64,000 nucleotides of DNA, taken from positions 42,434-106,433 of the forward strand of contig PS015309.1 in assembly GCA_048213135.1 (NCBI GenBank). Reading direction: 5' to 3'. The translations under genes were made by a program, and so were the position numbers. This DNA comes from Reclinomonas americana ATCC 50394. Lineage: Eukaryota. A model generated the notes under the pieces. That model was not told the origin of the DNA. It saw nothing but the letters and a program-made list of their open reading frames with translations, and did no database searches. Of this stretch, positions 58,301 to 64,000 are shown piece by piece (positions within the stretch are counted from its first letter, which is position 1; every line of letters begins with the position of its first letter).

Positions 58301-59635
58301 CTGCTGTGCGGGGCTGCCGGCACACTGGCCAATATGGGTGAGTGGCACGAGTCACGACTGTTGCATTGCACGAGGACACGCATCTCATCTCTGTGTCATC
58401 GTGTCTGTGTGCGCAGCGAGCAAGCACGATGTGAATCGCGAGGCAATCCGCGCCGAGGGAGCTGTCGGTCGCCTGTTGCAGTTGCTCGGTCACGTGGATA
58501 GCATGGTCCGCACCGAGGCGTTTGCCGCGCTGCGCAACCTGTCTCGTTGCGTTCACTCTGTCTGTCGTGTGCCAATGTGTTTACTCGGGGAAGCTCACCG
58601 ACCCGTGCCATGCGTGCAGTGGGTGAGGCCTTCAATCGCGCGCTGCAAAAGTTCGTCATGATCCCCGTCGGCCCCGACACGTTTGCCGAGTTGGGTCAGG
58701 CGGTGGCCGAGTATGAGCACGCCGCTGAGGATCTCGACGCGGCGGCGTTGTTGGAGATGCTGGTGGCACGGCATGGTGGTGAGTGTGATGATGATACACG
58801 CTGTCAGTGCCTGTTTGGCTTGTCTCACGATTGATTTGCAGGCACACCCGATCCACAATTGCTGGCCGAGTACCACCGCGTGGCGCAAATGCCAGCGCCG
58901 TCGACTGCTCAGCACTCTCGCTCTTTCTCCGACATCACCGGCACCACACTGTCGGTGCGCCCGGTGCCTCGTGACGACAGCCGACGTGCGTACCAGCTGC
59001 AGTACGCGCAGCAGCACCACGATTCGGTGTCGGTGCAGTCGGACAGTCCACCACGAGCGACCGTGACCAGCATTGATTTCCCCGAATCGTCGTCCACACC
59101 ACCACCACCTCCACCGCCACCACAGTCGGAATCAGCACGCATTGTGCAACCGCACCAGGGTGGCAGCCCACGCAGTGGGTCTGCTGGGCGACCACAGCCG
59201 GCGTCCTTCAATCTCCCGCAAGTGCCTGGCTCACGATGTGCGTGCCTCTCTCTCTCTCTCTCCCCCGATTGTCACATTCAACTGACGTTTGTTCAATGCA
59301 CAGCGTCACCGCCGCGCATCCCCAGCGCACCTGGCTCCACCTCGTCGCTCGGCATGAGTGACGACACGGGCGCTCACGACTTCGATCACGACAGCTCAGG
59401 CGACGATCTGGTGCGCTCGATCGCCCCACCACGGCAGTCAGCGTTCTCCACCCATACCACCACCACCACCACCACGACAACCACGGCTGCGGCGCCGCCC
59501 ATTGTGCCTCCACTGGTCGGCTGGGGAGCTTCATCGNNNNNNNNNNNNNNNNNNNNACACCCACCCACCATCATCACCACCGTCAACCCCTCTCAGCACG
59601 ACCACGCCAACGCAGGTCGTGCAATTTTGATATGA
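55385..59635 (+). CDS. Armadillo-repeat protein (Vac8/PUB-like ARM array) with disordered termini
   Basis: At least 10 ARM repeats (GIQPLINLL, GGVPLLVNLL, GAVPLLIAIL, GGIPPLITLL, GGIPPLVELL; AAWALKNL, AAWTLTNLS). First exon 55385-55516 is inferred. Final reading frame is uncertain because of the gap at 59537-59556. Confidence 0.85.
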
Positions 59636-59835
59636 CGGTGGTCGTGTGGTGCTTGCTGGAAGTTGTACTACCTCTTTGTGTTGCTGCCTCTTTTTTGCCT
59701 CCTCCTCCTCCATAACCTCCCACCCTCAAACAAAAGAATTGCCAGAAAGAACCTCCTGTCGCCCACCATTGTTAGAGCGTCGTCAGTGTACCACGATACT
59801 TCTTGTCCTTGACATCATAATCATCACAAGGAAAA

Positions 59836-62179
59836 ATGCTTCTCTTGCGCACATTGCGTCGCTCACTGGCACGTTCGTGTCATTGCTTTCGTCACTCCCA
59901 TCGCTTTTGTCTCACTCGTGCCACACAGTCGACGAGCAGCAATGTGATGCGCGACACGCCCGATGCCTTCCTGCAGAACGTGATGAAGCACAACGGATTG
60001 CATCGCGCCATGCTTGCATTTGATCACGAAACGCGTCGTGTGGTTCCCTCACATCCCGCGCTGCAAGTCGTCGCCGACTGGATGATGAATGACCCGGTGG
60101 ACTACAAGCAGGTGGGCTCAGCAACACATGCATGCATGCGTGAGTGTGTGTGCGAGAGAGAGAGATGCGCTGATTCTCTCTCTCTCTCCTCTGTCGCAGC
60201 ACGAGGCCATCTTCCTGGAAATCGGGCGAGAATCCGGTGCTCTTCTCGGCTCCTTCTTGTGGTGGACGAAGCGTGGTCAGGGTTGTGGTGGCATTCGCTA
60301 TCGCTCCTACACCAGGTTGGTGCTGTCTCCTGTCTCGTCCCTTCCTCTTTGTCTCTGTGGCTCACGAAGAATTGCAGCCTGGAGGAGTACCTGCGCGACG
60401 GCATGCGACTGGCCACTGGAATGGGCCAGAAGAGCGCCCTCGCCGGTCTGTGGTGGGGCGGTGGCAAAGGTATGTAGTCGAAGGTGGGGAGGGAGGGAGA
60501 GAGAACTTGTCCACGCTCGAGCTCATATCATGTGCCTGCTTGCAGGCGTCATTCCCATGCTGTCGTCGCACTCGGACAAGTTCCTCGACCGTGGATTCCG
60601 TGATGCGTTGTTCCGAGACTAGTTGAGTGGTGACAGCATTTCTCTGTGTTGCTTGACGTGCGCCGTGCCTCACTCTCGCTGCAGCGGTCGTTTCCTGACG
60701 GGCACACAGGGTGCCTACGTGGCTGCTGAGGATGCTGGTGTGCTCATCCCCACAGCTGCCTGCCGTGCGTGTCTCATGACTCACTTATGTGCTCGTGTGC
60801 ACAGGCGTCAACGTGGAAGACGTCGATGTGGTGTTCTCACAGACTCGTCACACGACGTGCATCTCACCGCGCCTGGGTGGCTCCGGCAACCCGTCAGTAC
60901 CCACAGCTCAGGTGACTCCCTGTGCGAGACAGGCGGTTTTTTTGCGATGCCTACTCAATTCGCCAACCGCCTGCGTACACGCAGGGCATTGTGTGTGCGA
61001 TGGAGGGTGCGCTGCAGTTCCTGAAGATGGGCAGTCTCGAAGGCAAGACTATCGCGGTTCAGGTCTGTGTCATGCTCGGCGTCACTATTTTGTACCACGA
61101 GTTGTTGTTGACGCGGTTCCACACACAGGGTGTCGGCAATGTGGGTCTGCCGCTGGTGGAGTTCCTGCTGGCCAAGGGTGTGAAGCGCATCGAGGCTGCC
61201 GAGACTGTGCCGCACCGACTGGAACAGGTGTGTCTGCAGCCGTGCTGGCGTCTCGCTCTCTCCGTCGTGCATCGTCTCTGACCGTGCACTCGCCACTGGC
61301 AGGCTGTGGAGAAAATCACCGACTCCCGCGTGCGATTCCGTCATGGTTGTTACTCCTCGCACTTTTTCTCCTGCATGCGCCATCGTGTGTTCTCATCAAC
61401 ACACAAACTATGCTGGGCAGTGACCACCAGCGACATGAGTATCTTGCACGAGGAGGTGGACATTGTGTCGCCGTGTGCCTTTGGTGGCGTCCTCAACCCC
61501 ACCACCATTCCTGGCATTCGGTTTGTGCGCTCTTGTGGCTCTCTACCTCAAACACGCGAGAACTTGACTTGCTGTGTACTGTAGGGCGAAGATTGTGTGC
61601 GGTGCGGCAAACAACCAGCTGCAGGATCCGCGGGGAGATGGAGAACTGGCGAAGCGCGGCATTGTGTACGTACCCGATTTCGTCGGCAACCGCATGGGCA
61701 TGTTGCGTGTGTGCAGCAGCGTGACCAGTTTCCTCTGTTTGTTTGTTCGTTGATCCTCACGTCACGCTTGTTGTACAGCGTGAACTGTGCCAATGAGCAG
61801 TACGGCTACGTGACACCGTCGTCGGAGGATCCGTCGTTTGCCCGTCACTTTGGTCGCGACTGGGAGGACTCGATCCAGAACACCACTCAGCGCGTTCTCG
61901 AGTTTCGTATGTGCCACACCCACTGTGCCGAGGCGCACACTCACTTCGCACTCTGTGATACAGGCTTGCCAAGCGCACTGGAACATCGCCGGCTGTCGCG
62001 GCCATTGTTGCGTCACTTTACTCACCCACTCACATACAGCTGCTTGGACTCATTGTTGCAATAACCAGTCGCTGGCCGACAAGGCCGCCAGCGTGCCGCA
62101 TCCGATTTGGGGCCACCGTGTGCGCCACATTATCGAGTCGCTGCGGAAGAACTCGTGGGCCAGCGCCGAGCGTTTGTGA
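59836..62179 (+). CDS. Glu/Leu/Phe/Val dehydrogenase family protein, probably mitochondrial
   Basis: GCGGIRY, MGQKSALAGLWWGGGKG, YVAAEDAG, GGSGNPSVPTAQG, IAVQGVGNVG, SPCAFGGVLN, VCGAANNQL, YVPDFVGNRMGIVN; Arg/Ser-rich N-terminus; ~13 introns. Confidence 0.9.
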
Positions 62180-62495
62180 CAAGTTACCCCATTTTTGTGG
62201 GAGAAATGACAACTCCGTGACGTGAGATTTGATTCCCCTGTCCGAGTGAAAGTAAGTGGAAGATTGGCGGACTGCTGGCGCGTGGAGAGAGCGAGAGCGA
62301 GAGAGATAGATAGTAGTGCCGCCACGTAGATCACCACTGCCGTCGCTCGAGTGCTTGGGGACCTAGTTCGCCGTGTCAGCGTGGTTTGCTCTCGTCACTA
62401 GTATCTGGGAGGACAGTGGGAGTGCTAGTAGAGGCCACAACGGTAGAGAATCAACAGCTGGTGCGACTGCGGCAGTAGAGGGAGAGCTGTCAATC

Positions 62496-64000
62496 ATGGG
62501 GCACTCGGAATCCAAGTCGGCGCGTGGTGAGGCTATCGTGTTTGGCGAGGTTTGTGCTGTGGGTGTACTGTGTTCTCGGTGGCCGGAACACGTCTCACCA
62601 GTCGTGCACAGGAGGGTGCCGGAAAGAACGAGCTGCTTCACATCGCAACGGTGCGTCTTTTGCTTGTCGTGTGAGGGGCCGGCGATCAACTTTTTCACCA
62701 ACATGGAATCGTTTTGTTTTTCTCCAGCGGCTTTACACCAACACTCCACTCAAAGTCGAAGCCGAGCGACATGGGCGTCTGCTCTTCAGTGAAGTGAGTT
62801 GTCGTCTCAGTTGCCGCGCCCCTTTCTCCCCTGCCGAGCTGACAAGGGCACACGTGTGGCAGGAACTCGTGGTGAAGCACGGAAGCGAAACCACCAAGAT
62901 TCTCTGGGTCTGCATCTCATGTTGTTGTTGTTGTTATCATTGATCTCCCTGCCCGTTACTCACGCATGCACGCACTGTACTCTCAGTGGAATACGGGCGA
63001 TTGGACGCACTTCTTCTCTGGCATGTCTGCCACGCAGAAGAAAACGTTCTTCTCGTCGGATCGGCGCTGTTATGTGATCGTGTACAGGTGAGTAATAATT
63101 ATTCCGAATGCATTTTGTGATCCCCAGTTATGACTGACCAGTGGATGGGGTGAACCAGCGTGACAAGTCGCCGTACATTCAATGCGGTGCATCAGGTATG
63201 CGGTTTGAATGCGAGGCGCGGGAGGGTCATTCATTCACTGACAATTCGGCGATGGCTGTTTTGCAGGTCATTCAGTGCCTCCGCCATTTCCAGAGTGGCC
63301 GCGGTGCTGCGCCGGTGCTGGTGGTTGGCACTGGAGTAGAGTGCGAAGTGGTTGGGCGAGAACGAGAAGTATCGAAAGAGGAAGCCATTGTTGAGTGGTC
63401 TGCTTTCGTGCTCGCAGCCTCACACGCTGACACTTACAGCATCGTTCGTCGCGCAGATGTTTGCACAGCAACACCACGCGCTATACATGGAATGTTCCGT
63501 GGTCACTGAGTGGCACGCGGAGCTTGTTATCCAAGTGGCAAGTTCCATCGGCATTCAGTGCAAGTTTCGTTGGCTTTGATTTGAGGGAGACCGTGCTGTG
63601 TGTGTGACACTAACCGAATGTCACAGCGGTCGACACGGACCCCTTGATGCGAAATCGGTGATTGCTGAGGCGCTGCGGGAAAACATTCCTGCCGATTCCG
63701 TGGTGCCCGTTGAGGTGCCTGCAGCGGGCTCTGCACAGCAAGCGCCGGTCGAAGCCCTCGTCGGTGGTGCGCACCCACACATGCAATTGATTATAGCTTC
63801 TTCGCTCACACGCATCACGTTTGCAGTGCCGGCCGTGCACGACCAGGGCTCCGTGTCTGACTCCGAGAATGTGTACATGGGGTCGAACTACACGCCGTGC
63901 CGAGCGGCATACGCGTTCATTGTCGACAACGAACGAGAGGAGATACCGGAGGGCTTTGTGGCCATCGAAGAGCTGCGCGCGCTCTATGTGTATCGCTCAA
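62496..64000 (+). CDS. Degenerate Ras-superfamily GTPase-fold protein with N-myristoylation motif; continues beyond the window end
   Basis: Spliced MGHSESKS...IVFGEEGAGKN...ILWWNTGDW...YVIVYSVTSRRTFNAV...PVLVVGTGVE...REVSKEEAIMFAQQHHALYMECSV. Confidence 0.7.

Noticed and set aside
62180-62490. Possible snRNA (Sm-site-like ATTTTTG near 62211) or tRNA in intergenic DNA
   Set aside because: No U1, U2, U4, U5 or U6 signature and no tRNA cloverleaf was recognisable; it lies just after a stop codon and is probably 3' UTR.

Overview
This is a GC-rich, gene-dense, very intron-rich eukaryotic window, probably from a flagellated protist (the species cannot be determined from the sequence alone). It is a scaffold with 8 N-gaps, several next to microsatellites. 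Splicing by hand gives about 26 genes and roughly 200 short (~60-110 nt) introns. Genes include an Amt ammonium transporter apparently fused to ankyrin repeats, a P2C-type (Na/K-ATPase-like) pump with a remodelled cation site, an Rh ammonia channel, NmrA-like, UPF0193, deoxyhypusine synthase, LSM1, MOT1/BTAF1, ATG8, HGH1-like, NAGLU, CSTF2, histone H1, an LRR protein, GSKIP-like, HAUS4, COMMD3, ISCA2, an ARM-repeat protein, a Glu/Leu/Phe/Val dehydrogenase and a likely myristoylated pseudo-GTPase. The main observation is that about 47 introns (hand count, roughly a fifth to a quarter) use a one-base-shifted donor, GTT-N-N-G(T) (GTTGCGT, GTTTCGT, GTTGAGT, GTTACG, GTTAAGT), with the conserved G at +6 instead of +5. 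This form occurs almost only when the exon does not end in G, suggesting a second major 5' splice-site class. Also notable are a contiguous Amt / P2C-ATPase / Rh gene trio, microexons down to 7 nt and GC-AG introns. All gene models and counts are manual and need RNA-seq confirmation.
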